Of a DNA stretch of 64,000 nucleotides, positions 39,355 to 49,702 are shown one piece after another. The stretch comes from Candidatus Binatus sp. (GTDB lineage Bacteria > Desulfobacterota > Binatia > Binatales > Binataceae). The notes below the pieces were generated by a model. That model did no database searches. It was not told the origin of the DNA and worked only from the letters and a program-made list of their open reading frames with translations. Where the stretch lies: NCBI RefSeq assembly GCF_030646925.1, contig NZ_JAUSKL010000124.1:48298-112297 (forward strand). The letters are read 5' to 3'. Position 1 is the first letter of the stretch; each line of letters opens with the position of its first letter. The translations under genes were made by a program, and so were the position numbers.

Positions 39355-39522
39355 AAGTTGAGCATACTCCGGCAGCCTGTCCGAGTGGTTAGGCGGACTA
39401 TATCGACCGCAAGTCATGAAGGCAAGATTGCCCGAAAATTTTGAGATTAATGGATGTTTAGTGGATCATACGGGCCGTTTTTCGGTGCGTCGGGCGGCTC
39501 GACAAAGGTCGGGACTAGTTAA

Positions 39523-41319
39523 TTAGTTAATCAGGCGCGAGGCGCGTGTAGGGTATCGCGCGCCCAGCAGGTCTGTGGCGGCAGCGGTCGACGCGCTCAG
39601 CCGATGGCGCAGGATCGCGCGCTTCTTGCCTTCCGACGCGATCAAATCGAAAGCGCCGAGCCGCTCCTTGAGCCGCGCCAGTTCCGGCGCGTCAATCACG
39701 AGCACGGTACTCCCAGGGCGTTCCCACAATTCGAGCAATTGCAGGTCGTTGTTGAAGAACCAATCGGCAGTGTCGGCCGCATGGCGCGCGCCGAAATCGA
39801 GTTCGCTTTTCGGGCCCACCAGGATCACGCGGCGTCCGGTATAAAAGGCGAGCGACTGCACGTAGCGGTGATAGCAGATAAGCCGCGCGTCGGGGGCGCG
39901 TGCGGCGACTGCGCGCGCGAGGCTTGCATACGAGCGGAGTGATTCGGTTTCGAGTCGCACCCATCCGCCGGCGATCAGCGCCGATGCGAGCGTGAGCGTG
40001 AGCGCGACCAGGCCGGCTCCGCGGCGGCGACGCAGGAAAATCGCGGTGGTGACGCCGCCCCCGATCAGCAGCACAGCGCCGATCAGGAACATCGCCGGGC
40101 GCGCGGCCATCACGTAAGGCGTGCGAAATTGAGGCGCAAGGATCGCGGCGACGATCACGCCCGCGCCGAACAGCATCAGCAGCGGGCCGCTTTCGAGCAG
40201 GATTCGCGAATCGGGCGGACGATGAGCGGCGCGGGAGTCGGGCGCCGGCCATGCGCAGGAGATCAAGCCGTCGGCGATGAGGATCGCGAGCGGAGGAATC
40301 GCCGGCAGGATGTACGGAATGAGCTTGGCGCTCGCGCATGAGAATGCCACCAGCGTCACCATCGCGGCGGTCAGGCAGAAGGTGCGCGCAGGATTTTTTT
40401 GCGCGTCGCGCCAGGTCATGAACGGCACCAGCATCGACCACGGGATCAATCCCAGCGCGAGCACGGGCAGATAAAAATAGATCGGTTCGGTGTGGCTGTA
40501 GCTGGAATCGAAGATGCGCCGGAGGTGCTCGCCGACGAAATAGAAGTCGAAAAATCCCGGTTCCATAATCGTTATCGCGACGAACCACGGCAGAGCGATC
40601 GCGACGGTAATCGCGAGGCCCGCGAAAGCGCGGAATTTTCCGAGCGCCCCGCGCAGTTCGCCGCGCCACGCGAGAAACGCGAGCATCGAAAGAATCGGCA
40701 GCGCGACGCCGACGGGTCCCTTGGCCAGCACTGCGAGGCCCATCGCGGCGTACGCGATCCAGCACCATCGCGAGCCCGCGTCCCCCCGCCAATGAAGAAA
40801 GAGCGCGAAGTTGGCGATGGTCACCAACGCGGTGAGCAGCATGTCGGTGGTGAGGACCTGCGCCATCACGGCGTAAATCGGGGTGGTCGCGAGGATCGCG
40901 CTCGCGAGAATCGCGTGGCGGCGGCCGAACGTGCGCAGCGCGAAGAAGTAGGTCGCGAGCACGCCAGCGAGCGCGGACATCGCGACCGTGAATCGCGCCG
41001 CAAATTCGGTGAGGCCGAAAACGGCGAATGACAGCGTCGTCAGCCAATACAGCAGCGGAGGTTTTTCGACGTAAGCGACGTAGTTGAGATGCGGGATGAT
41101 TTTGCTGCCGCCGCGGAGCATCTCTCGCGCGATTTCCGCATAGCGGCCTTCATCCGGCTCCCAGAGCCCATACGAGCCGAGATGAAAGAAGAACACCGCG
41201 ATCGAAAGAGCCAGGATCGCAGCAACGTCGTAGGCGATGGGGAACGATTGCGACGAGGATACGCCGGACTGCGAATCAGATGCGGTCGCGGCGGCGGGAG
41301 TGATTGCGATCTCGGACAC
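39523..41319 (-). CDS. GT39/GT83-family membrane glycosyltransferase (ArnT/PMT-like)
   Basis: Multi-TM N-terminal domain with DEGRYAEIAREM catalytic-loop motif typical of ArnT/PMT enzymes. Confidence 0.75.
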   Translation of the reverse strand: MSEIAITPAAATASDSQSGVSSSQSFPIAYDVAAILALSIAVFFFHLGSYGLWEPDEGRYAEIAREMLRGGSKIIPHLNYVAYVEKPPLLYWLTTLSFAVFGLTEFAARFTVAMSALAGVLATYFFALRTFGRRHAILASAILATTPIYAVMAQVLTTDMLLTALVTIANFALFLHWRGDAGSRWCWIAYAAMGLAVLAKGPVGVALPILSMLAFLAWRGELRGALGKFRAFAGLAITVAIALPWFVAITIMEPGFFDFYFVGEHLRRIFDSSYSHTEPIYFYLPVLALGLIPWSMLVPFMTWRDAQKNPARTFCLTAAMVTLVAFSCASAKLIPYILPAIPPLAILIADGLISCAWPAPDSRAAHRPPDSRILLESGPLLMLFGAGVIVAAILAPQFRTPYVMAARPAMFLIGAVLLIGGGVTTAIFLRRRRGAGLVALTLTLASALIAGGWVRLETESLRSYASLARAVAARAPDARLICYHRYVQSLAFYTGRRVILVGPKSELDFGARHAADTADWFFNNDLQLLELWERPGSTVLVIDAPELARLKERLGAFDLIASEGKKRAILRHRLSASTAAATDLLGARYPTRASRLIN

Positions 41320-41361
41320 GGAGAGGAAGTTTAACGCGCCGCGGCGGTGGCGCGAAATCGA

Positions 41362-43071
41362 TCAATAGCCGACGGCGCCGCCGCCTTTGCGCTGATCGAA
41401 CGCGCCACGATAGTTCCCCGGCTCGATCGTGAGCGCGCCGACCGCGCCGAGCGACGGCGCCACTTTGATCTTGTAGCCCATTTCCTCGAGCGCGACGCGC
41501 GTCGCCGCGGGCATCGACTCCTCGACGATCACTACGTCCGGGACGGCCTGCTCGTGGATGCGCGGTTCGTCAACTGCATGGGCCGCATCGAGATGGAAGT
41601 CGAGGACATTCAGCGTGACCTGCAGCACGCCACTGATGATCGTCGGACCGCCGGAGCCGCCGGTGGACATCACCGGGACATTATTTTTGGTGACGATAAT
41701 CGGCGTCATCGAGGAGAGCGGGCGCTTGCCCGGCCGGATCTCGTTGGCGCGCTCGCCGGCCAGGTGATACGCGTTCGGCACGCCCGGCGCGATCGCGAAA
41801 TCATCCATCTCGTCGTTGAGCAGCAGGCCAAGCGCCGGCACGCTGATCAGCGCGCCGAACACCGTGTTGGTGGTGGTCGTCAGCGCGACCACGTTGCCAT
41901 CCTTGTCGGCGACCAGCAGGTTGGTGGTGCCGTGATCGTGCGCGGCCGGAGTATCGGGCGGCGGCGCCTTGCGATGCAGCGCGCGGTCACGCAACTCGCC
42001 GATATGCCGGTCCGAGAGCAGCTTGCCGATTTCAACGCCGACAAATGCCGGGTCGGCATACTGTGCGCGATCGATGAAGCCCTGGCGCATCACCTCGATC
42101 AGGCGCGCGAGATACGGCGGCGAATCGACGCCCAGACCCGCCAGACGGCCTCCCTCGAGCATCCCGAGCATCTCGAGCACGACGCCGCCCGACGACGGCG
42201 GCGGCATCGCCACGACGTCGTAGCCGCGGTACTGGCGGCGGATCGGACTCCGCCAGATGGGCCGGTAGTTGGTCAGGTCGTTGGCGGTGATCAGCCCGCC
42301 ATGCTCCTTCATGAACGACACGATCTGCGCGGCGACTTCACCGTGGTAAAAATTTGCGACCGGATCGTCGCCGAGCCGCTTCAGCGTCGCGGCAAGTTTC
42401 TTCGCGTAGATGGTCTCGCCGGCTTTGGCGGGCGCTCCGTCGGACTTGACGAACACTTCGCGCATGCCGGGATCGGCATTCAGCTTGGGCAACATGTGCG
42501 CAATCTCGCCGGCCAGATGCGGATTCACGGCGAAACCGTTCTCCGCGAGTTTCTCCGCCGGCGCCGCGATCTGCTGAAACTTCATGGTGCCGAAGCGCCT
42601 GAGCGCTGCGTCGATGCCGGCGATCTCACCGGGCACCGCGACCGCCAGGATGCCGTCCTTGGACAATTCCGGGTCGGGCTTGCCGTTGCGAATGTACATA
42701 TCGGGCCGCGCCATCAGCGGTGCGGTCTCGCGATAATCGAGCGCGTAGAAGCCGTGGTTCTTCGCGATGTAAATCAGCATGAAGCCGCCGCCGCCGATAC
42801 CGCATGACGCCGGATTCGTAACGCCGACCGCGAGCGCAGTCGCGACTGCGGCGTCCACCGCGTTGCCGCCCTGCTTGAGAATCTCGATACCGGCGTGGGC
42901 TGCGTCGTCGCTTTCCGAAACGACCATCCCATGGGTGCCGACGGCGGCGCGATTCGCCTGCGAATCGGCGGCGAAGCCTGCGGGCGGCCAGAAAATCGCG
43001 GACAGGAAAACGATCAGAACTGTTGCGCGACAATGCGCCAGTCTGAGATGGAAAGCGAAACTCGAACGCAT
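41362..43071 (-). CDS. ggt: gamma-glutamyltransferase
   Basis: Signal peptide; autoprocessing site ...DHGTTNLLVADKDGN; family-wide conservation. Confidence 0.9.
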   Translation of the reverse strand: MRSSFAFHLRLAHCRATVLIVFLSAIFWPPAGFAADSQANRAAVGTHGMVVSESDDAAHAGIEILKQGGNAVDAAVATALAVGVTNPASCGIGGGGFMLIYIAKNHGFYALDYRETAPLMARPDMYIRNGKPDPELSKDGILAVAVPGEIAGIDAALRRFGTMKFQQIAAPAEKLAENGFAVNPHLAGEIAHMLPKLNADPGMREVFVKSDGAPAKAGETIYAKKLAATLKRLGDDPVANFYHGEVAAQIVSFMKEHGGLITANDLTNYRPIWRSPIRRQYRGYDVVAMPPPSSGGVVLEMLGMLEGGRLAGLGVDSPPYLARLIEVMRQGFIDRAQYADPAFVGVEIGKLLSDRHIGELRDRALHRKAPPPDTPAAHDHGTTNLLVADKDGNVVALTTTTNTVFGALISVPALGLLLNDEMDDFAIAPGVPNAYHLAGERANEIRPGKRPLSSMTPIIVTKNNVPVMSTGGSGGPTIISGVLQVTLNVLDFHLDAAHAVDEPRIHEQAVPDVVIVEESMPAATRVALEEMGYKIKVAPSLGAVGALTIEPGNYRGAFDQRKGGGAVGY

Positions 43072-43200
43072 CCGGATCCTACTAACAGCCGACGCAAGCA
43101 GAAGGAAGGCGGTCGCGCGCGTTGGATTTCGCGTATCGGAGGTGCTTTGATCGCAGCGCGAGGTTCATCGGCAGCCTCGAACCGAGCACGGAGGCATGAG

Positions 43201-44019
43201 ATGCATTTCGACGAAATTATCTTCGAGAAAAAAGATCGCGTGGCGACGGTGACGATGAACCGTCCCGAGAGGATGAACGCGTGGACGCCGAAAATGGGCG
43301 CGGAGATGAGAGCGGCGATGATGGACGCCGAGCGCGACCCGTCGATTGGCGCGATCATCGTGACGGGCGCGGGACGCGCATACTGCGCGGGCGCTGATAT
43401 GGGCGCGCTGTCGAATATCGCGCAGGGCAACACGTCCGCGCGCAGTGCGGAAGTCGAGGACGAGTGGATGAATCAGCAGCGCGCGGATTATCGCAACAGA
43501 TATTCGTGGCCGCTCGCGCTGAGCACGCCGGTGATCGGCGCGATCAACGGCGCCTGCGTCGGGCTCGGATTCACCACGTGCCTCTATCAGGACATCAGGA
43601 TTGCGTCGGAGAACGCGCGGATGGGGCTCATCTTCACGCAGCGCGGACTCGCGATCGAGCACGGCAGCAGTTGGATGTTACCGCGGATCATCGGCCTTGC
43701 ACGCGCGACCGAACTCGCGATTACCGGGCGGCTGGTCGATGCGAAAGAAGCGCTCGAGATTGGCCTCGTGAATCGCGTAGCGCCGCAGGACAAGCTGATG
43801 AGCGTGGCGCACGAAATCGCGTCGGGGATCGCGTCGAAGTGCTCGCCGCTCGGAGTCGCGCAGGCAAAGAAGATGATCTATCAGCATCTGTTCACCGATC
43901 TGGCGACCGGAGTGCGCGAGGACGACGCGTCGATGGAAATGATGACGCGGTCGGAGGATTTCAAGGAAGGCGTGAAGGCGTTCGTCGAGAAGCGGGCGCC
44001 GAAGTTTACCGGTCGATAG
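43201..44019 (+). CDS. enoyl-CoA hydratase/isomerase-family protein
   Basis: Crotonase fold motifs (TGAGRAYCAGADM, GAINGACVGLG). Confidence 0.85.
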   Translation: MHFDEIIFEKKDRVATVTMNRPERMNAWTPKMGAEMRAAMMDAERDPSIGAIIVTGAGRAYCAGADMGALSNIAQGNTSARSAEVEDEWMNQQRADYRNRYSWPLALSTPVIGAINGACVGLGFTTCLYQDIRIASENARMGLIFTQRGLAIEHGSSWMLPRIIGLARATELAITGRLVDAKEALEIGLVNRVAPQDKLMSVAHEIASGIASKCSPLGVAQAKKMIYQHLFTDLATGVREDDASMEMMTRSEDFKEGVKAFVEKRAPKFTGR

Positions 44020-44112
44020 GCGCGAGCTCGTGCGATTTCCGGAGGCTCGCGCGCGCCGGAGCCGGATGATATAAACATTTGGTCTGATTTTCCCGATGAC
44101 GCCTGACGGTTA

Positions 44113-44187
44113 CGGGGTGTAGCTCAGCCTGGCCAGAGCACTGCGTTCGGGACGCAGGAGTCGCTGGTTCAAATCCAGTCACCCCGA
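44113..44187 (+). tRNA. tRNA-Pro (anticodon CGG)
   Basis: CGGGGTG TA GCTC AGCCTGGCC AGAGC A CTGCG TTCGGGA CGCAG GAGTC GCTGG TTCAAAT CCAGT CACCCCG A; T-run terminator-like tail follows. Confidence 0.9.
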
Positions 44188-44269
44188 TTTTTTCACTTTT
44201 TCACGGCTACCGGCGCGCGGGTTGCGGACGCCAGAATTCATTCCCCATCAATCGTCGAATCCGCACAGC

Positions 44270-44878
44270 ATGACAGCAGAAATCGTCCTCCTCGTCGCCG
44301 CTTACCTGATTGGATCGATTCCGACCGGCGTGATCGTCGGCCGCCTCTATGGCTTCGATCCGCGGGCGGTCGGTTCCGGCAATATCGGAATGGTCAATGT
44401 TGCGCGGGCCGGCGGTTCGAGTGCTGCGGCTATCACGTTCATCGGCGACGTGCTGAAAGGCGCGATTCCGGTGATCATCGCGCGCGGTGCGGGCTTCTCC
44501 AACGAAGTTATCGCGTGGACCGGGCTCGCTGCGTTCGCCGGCTCGATCTATTCGATTTTCCTGCGCTTCCGCGGCGGCAAGGGAGTGTCTGCCGCGCTCG
44601 GCGTATGGCTCGCGATCTCGTGGCCGGTGATCCTGTTCGCGCTGGCGATTTTCGGCGTCGTCTTCGCGGCGACGAGAATAATGTCGGTGGCGTCGATGGC
44701 GGCGGCGATCGCGTTGCCGCCGGCGGTCGCTGCGATGGGCTTGCCGCGGCATTACCTGCTGCTCGCGATATTGATGACCGCGCTGGTGTTGTTGCGGCAT
44801 CGCGAGAATATCGCGCGCTTAAGCCGGGGCGAGGAGGAAAGATTTCAGCCCAAGCGGCGCGACGCGAACGCCGGCTGA
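44270..44878 (+). CDS. plsY: glycerol-3-phosphate acyltransferase PlsY
   Basis: GSGNIGMVNVARAGG and downstream PlsY motifs; 5-6 TM. Confidence 0.85.
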   Translation: MTAEIVLLVAAYLIGSIPTGVIVGRLYGFDPRAVGSGNIGMVNVARAGGSSAAAITFIGDVLKGAIPVIIARGAGFSNEVIAWTGLAAFAGSIYSIFLRFRGGKGVSAALGVWLAISWPVILFALAIFGVVFAATRIMSVASMAAAIALPPAVAAMGLPRHYLLLAILMTALVLLRHRENIARLSRGEEERFQPKRRDANAG

Positions 44879-45058
44879 ATGCCAGTCAATTAATCGCCCG
44901 CCCGACAAGCAGGCATCGCAGCGGGTTTATGCCAGAATAAGACGTACGATTGCTTCCGTCGCCGGTTGGCATCGCGCTTGCGCCTCGCCTATCGGCGCAT
45001 CGGTGGAATTGTGCATCATTGATCAAGAGACTAATCATCAAAGTCAGGAGGACCGCCA

Positions 45059-45454
45059 ATGCAGCCAGCACAAATGAAAGAAACCGTCATCGAATTTCTG
45101 CGAGAGTTTGAGGATCCCGATCCCGCCAAACTCGAAACGATGGTCGCCGACCATTTTGAGTATCGCGTGATGACCAAAATGCCCGGCTTCGAGACCCTCA
45201 AGGGCAAGGCCGGCATCCGGCAATTCGCCGGGACGATCAAAACGATGCTGCCCAACGGGCTCAATATGAAACTCGGGCCGATCATCTGCGAGGGCGACCA
45301 CGCGTCGGTGCTCGCGGAGTCGGACACGGTCGCGGCCAACGGGCGCAAGTACGCCAACATGTATAGTTTCTATTTTCGTTTCGCCGGCGACAAAATCGCC
45401 GAAGTGCGCGAGTACTGCGACACCAACCATGCCCGCGAGGTATTTGCCGCCTAG
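45059..45454 (+). CDS. NTF2-like / SnoaL-like protein
   Basis: 131 aa, composition and length consistent with the ketosteroid-isomerase-like fold. Confidence 0.55.
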   Translation: MQPAQMKETVIEFLREFEDPDPAKLETMVADHFEYRVMTKMPGFETLKGKAGIRQFAGTIKTMLPNGLNMKLGPIICEGDHASVLAESDTVAANGRKYANMYSFYFRFAGDKIAEVREYCDTNHAREVFAA

Positions 45455-45528
45455 TATGCTGAAGCTGTCACCGCGTTCACGGCCGTATCCACACTGCTTG
45501 CTCCTTGCGCGGCTGAGGTGAAAGCTGA

Positions 45529-45924
<396 letters not shown>

Positions 45925-46029
45925 GCGATTCGGCGCGGCACTCGGCGCGCGATTCAATCAGGAGACAACGGCGGCGGGGATTCGATCCTCGCCGCCGCTC
46001 ATGTCTGCACCGATCGTAACTAATCAATG

Positions 46030-47259
46030 TCAGTCGCCACGTCCATTGGGCGTGACGGCGCGGCCGAAATCCCATTTGCGGCCCTTCTTGAACTCGCTCA
46101 CGATTCGCCGCGACACCACCATCCGATGCACTTCGTCGGGTCCGTCGTAGATGCGCGCGAATCGCGCGTGGCGATACATCCGCGCAAGCGGCGTGTCCTC
46201 GGAGACGCCCATCGCGCCGTGCACCTGGATCGCGCGATCGATCACGTCATGCAGGACCTTGGCGCCGAAGAATTTGATTAGCGAGATCTCGACGCGCGCT
46301 TCGTCGCCAGCGTCGATTTTGGCGGCGGCGCTGAGCGTGAGCTGGCGCGCGGCCTGGATCTCGGCAGCCGAGTCGGCGATCCAGTTCTGGATCGTCTGCT
46401 TGTCGGCGAGCGTACTGCCAAACGCCTTGCGATTAATCGCGCGCTCGATCATCAGCTCGAACGCGCGCTGCGCCTGCCCCAGCCATCGCATGCAATGATA
46501 GATGCGCCCCGGCCCGAGGCGTTTTTGCGCGATCCTGAACGCTTGCCCGCGCGGTCCGAGCAGGTTGGTTAGCGGCACCCGCACGTCGTTGTACTTGATT
46601 TCGCAATGCCCGCCCGACGTCTCGCCCATCACCGGCACGATACGCACAATTTCGTAGCCTCTGGTGTCAGTCGGGACCACGATCATGCTGAAACGTTCGT
46701 AGGTCGGCGCGTCGGGATCGGTGACGCACATCACGGTCGAAAACGCCGCGACGTTCGCGCCGCTGGTGAACCATTTGTGGCCGTTGATCACCCATTCGTC
46801 GCCGTCTTGAACCGCGCGCGTGCGCAGTCCGGTCGGATCGGCGCCGCTGACTTCCGGCTCGGTCATCGAGAAGCTCGGATAGACGTCGCCGTTGACCAGC
46901 GGCTCGAGCCAGCGTTTTTTCTGCTCGGCGTTGCCGTAGAGATGAAACATCGTAGCGTCCTGCGCGGAATGCGTGCCGAGGCCCGCGATCGCATACTCGC
47001 TGCGTCCGACGATTTCATTGACGAGAACGTAGGGCATGAAGCCGAGGCCGCCGCCACCGATCTCCTTGGGCAATCCGAGCGCCCATAGGTTGCGCCGCTT
47101 CGCCTCGGACTGAATTGATTTGAGCGTGCGCGAGGCTTGCTCGCCGCCGTGCTCGAGAATTTTTTCGTTCGGATAGATGAACTCAGTCAGGAAGGCGGAA
47201 ACGCGGCTTCGCAAATCCTGAATTTCGGGGCTCGATTCGAGTTCGGCAACACTTTGCAT
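46030..47259 (-). CDS. acyl-CoA dehydrogenase-family protein
   Basis: ACAD N-terminal, middle and C-terminal domain signatures (YDGPDEVHRMVVSR etc.). Confidence 0.9.
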   Translation of the reverse strand: MQSVAELESSPEIQDLRSRVSAFLTEFIYPNEKILEHGGEQASRTLKSIQSEAKRRNLWALGLPKEIGGGGLGFMPYVLVNEIVGRSEYAIAGLGTHSAQDATMFHLYGNAEQKKRWLEPLVNGDVYPSFSMTEPEVSGADPTGLRTRAVQDGDEWVINGHKWFTSGANVAAFSTVMCVTDPDAPTYERFSMIVVPTDTRGYEIVRIVPVMGETSGGHCEIKYNDVRVPLTNLLGPRGQAFRIAQKRLGPGRIYHCMRWLGQAQRAFELMIERAINRKAFGSTLADKQTIQNWIADSAAEIQAARQLTLSAAAKIDAGDEARVEISLIKFFGAKVLHDVIDRAIQVHGAMGVSEDTPLARMYRHARFARIYDGPDEVHRMVVSRRIVSEFKKGRKWDFGRAVTPNGRGD

Positions 47260-47343
47260 GGCGATCCTCCTGTGAGTGCGCGACGACTATCGGCAGCCGA
47301 ACGATCGATCTGCCCATGGTCTCGCTTTGCACACATCGCCATA

Positions 47344-47565
47344 ATGACCGCGATGCCGCGAAAGTCAAAAACCGAATCGACCGACAGCCCTTGCTGCCCC
47401 GTGTGCTCGTCGGCCAACGTCGTGCCGATCATGTACGGTCTGCCGGCGCCGCCGATGCCTGGCGAGCCGGAGCCCGACGTCGAATTCGGCGGATGCATGA
47501 TCTTCGAAGGCAAGTCACCGCGCTGGTTCTGCCGCGCTTGCGAACATCGATGGGGAGCGATGTGA
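47344..47565 (+). CDS. small zinc-ribbon protein (hypothetical)
   Basis: CPVC...CRAC paired Cys motifs; 73 aa. Confidence 0.35.
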   Translation: MTAMPRKSKTESTDSPCCPVCSSANVVPIMYGLPAPPMPGEPEPDVEFGGCMIFEGKSPRWFCRACEHRWGAM

Positions 47566-47606
47566 TGCGGCGTTAGATCCGAAGTTCATTCGACAGGAGT
47601 CGCATC

Positions 47607-48230
47607 ATGATCGATCTCGACACCTGGACGACGCCTAACGGCCGCAAAATTTCCGTGATGCTCGAAGAGTGCGGACTCGAATATTCGGTGCATCCGGTGA
47701 ATATCCGCGACGGTGAGCAATTCAAGCCGGAGTTCGTCGCGATCTGCCCCAACAGCAAGATTCCCGCGATCGTGGACAATGACGGCGGCGTCTCGATTTT
47801 CGAGTCGGGTGCAATCCTGGTTCATCTCGCGGAGAAAACCGGCAAGCTGCTGCCGTCAAAAAATCCCGCGCGCGCGAAAGTGCTCGAATGGCTCTTCTTT
47901 CAGATGGCGAACATCGGCCCGATGCTCGGGCAGGCGAATCATTTCATCAACGCGGCGCCCGAAAAACTTCCCTACGCGATCGACCGCTACACGACTGAAT
48001 GCGCGCGGCTGCTCAAAGTGATGGACGATCAGCTCGCGCGCACGGAATACATCGCGGGCGACTACTCAATCGCGGATGTCGCGCTCTATCCGTGGGTGGC
48101 CGTGGGATTTTCTCCAATCAAGGCGGCGAAGGCCGATGTGGTCGGTGAGGGCGGCAACGTCGCGCGATGGATCGCTGCGATCGGCGAGCGTCCCGCCGTG
48201 ACAAAGGGTATGGCGGTGCCGCAGGTCTGA
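47607..48230 (+). CDS. glutathione S-transferase (Nu-class), paralogue of 9129-9842
   Basis: MIDLDTWTTPNGRKISVMLEECGL..., ESGAILVHLAEK. Confidence 0.85.
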   Translation: MIDLDTWTTPNGRKISVMLEECGLEYSVHPVNIRDGEQFKPEFVAICPNSKIPAIVDNDGGVSIFESGAILVHLAEKTGKLLPSKNPARAKVLEWLFFQMANIGPMLGQANHFINAAPEKLPYAIDRYTTECARLLKVMDDQLARTEYIAGDYSIADVALYPWVAVGFSPIKAAKADVVGEGGNVARWIAAIGERPAVTKGMAVPQV

Positions 48231-48484
48231 TCGATCCGGCTAAAGCCGAGGCAACCGATTGATCGAGAACATCAGCGCCTCGGGATCACGTCCGCCCGAC
48301 GCGGCGCCCCTCGGCGCGACCTCGTCGATTCGCTTCAGTTGTCTCGTTTTTCATGATGGGGATTTAGTGCGATTCGCCCGCCCATGTACACCACCAGGTT
48401 GGCGGGAAATGCGGGAAATGAGCAGGTTCTCGAATCATTTGACAGCGTGCGGCGAGATAGGGTCGAATCGCGACGAGAATTAGG

Positions 48485-49702
48485 ATGCGATACAGCGCAC
48501 TCAACGACCTCCGCGTAATCGATCTGACGCATTTCATCGCGGGCCCTTACGCGACCAAACTGCTCGCCGACATGGGCGCCGACGTGATCAAGGTCGAGCC
48601 GCCGTGGGGCGAAGGCGGGCGCAAACTCGGACCAAATCGGAATGGCGATGCGCACGACGAGTTATCCGATCGCGGCGGACTGTTCGCGTTTCTGAATCTC
48701 AACAAACGCGCGATCACGCTGAATCTCAAACACGATCGCGGCCGCGAGTTGCTCGCGCGCCTTCTCGGCGGCGCCGATCTGCTGGTCGAGAACTTCGCGC
48801 CGGGCACGCTCGCCTCGTTCGGACTAGCGCCCGAAGAACTGATCGCGAAATTTCCGAAGCTCTCGGTGATCTCGATTTCCAATTTCGGGCAGGACGGGCC
48901 TGAGCGCGGCGGCGCGTTGAATGACCTGGTGCTGTTCGCGCGCGGCGGATGGACTTTTCCGGTCGGCGAGCGCGACCGCGCGCCGCTGACGCCGCCCGGC
49001 TCGCTGGCGCAATACGTCGGTGCGGTTTACGGGGCGATCGGCGCGTTGCAGGCAATCGCGGCGCGCGACGCCGGCCTCGGTCGCGGCCAGCACGTCGATA
49101 TCTCGCTGCTGGAGGCGACCGTCGCGACCATGATCTACGAAACCGTCTCGTTCCAGTATTCGGGAATCGTGCGCGGCCGCGAGGGTAAACGATTTGCGGT
49201 CGGGCCGTTCATGATCGTGACGCTCAAATGCAAGGACGGTTACGCCGGGCTGCATTGCGTGACCGACAAGCAGTTCGAGGGGCTTTGCGATCTGATGGGA
49301 CGTTCCGAACTGCTCGCCGATTCGCGCTTTCGCACCGCGCTGGATCGCTACACCAACAACGATGCGCTGCTGAAGATCGTCGAGGAGTTTTTTATCGATC
49401 GCGATCGCAAGTGGCTCTATGGCGAGGGACGGCGGCGCGCGATTCCGCTGGTGCCGATTCCGAGCGTCGCCGAGGTGATGGATTGGGAACAGACCAGGGC
49501 GCGCAACTATTTCGAGACGATCGATGATCCGGTGCTCGGAAAAATCCGCGTGCCGGGAACGCCGCTCCGCCTGACGTCGCATCGCGCGGAGAACTCGCGG
49601 CCGGCGCCGCGGCTCGGCGAACACAACCAGGAAATCCTCGCGGCGAATCTCGGACTGAGTCGCGCCGAAATCGACGCGCTCAAACAATCGGGCACGATAT
49701 GA
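48485..49702 (+). CDS. CoA-transferase family III (CaiB/BaiF)
   Basis: LRVIDLTHFIAGPYATKLLADMGADVIKVE N-terminal signature. Confidence 0.85.
   Translation: MRYSALNDLRVIDLTHFIAGPYATKLLADMGADVIKVEPPWGEGGRKLGPNRNGDAHDELSDRGGLFAFLNLNKRAITLNLKHDRGRELLARLLGGADLLVENFAPGTLASFGLAPEELIAKFPKLSVISISNFGQDGPERGGALNDLVLFARGGWTFPVGERDRAPLTPPGSLAQYVGAVYGAIGALQAIAARDAGLGRGQHVDISLLEATVATMIYETVSFQYSGIVRGREGKRFAVGPFMIVTLKCKDGYAGLHCVTDKQFEGLCDLMGRSELLADSRFRTALDRYTNNDALLKIVEEFFIDRDRKWLYGEGRRRAIPLVPIPSVAEVMDWEQTRARNYFETIDDPVLGKIRVPGTPLRLTSHRAENSRPAPRLGEHNQEILAANLGLSRAEIDALKQSGTI

Noticed and set aside
39692-42807. 451-aa (minus) and 486-aa (plus) ORFs
   Set aside because: Alternative or antisense frames of the GT39 and gamma-glutamyltransferase genes.
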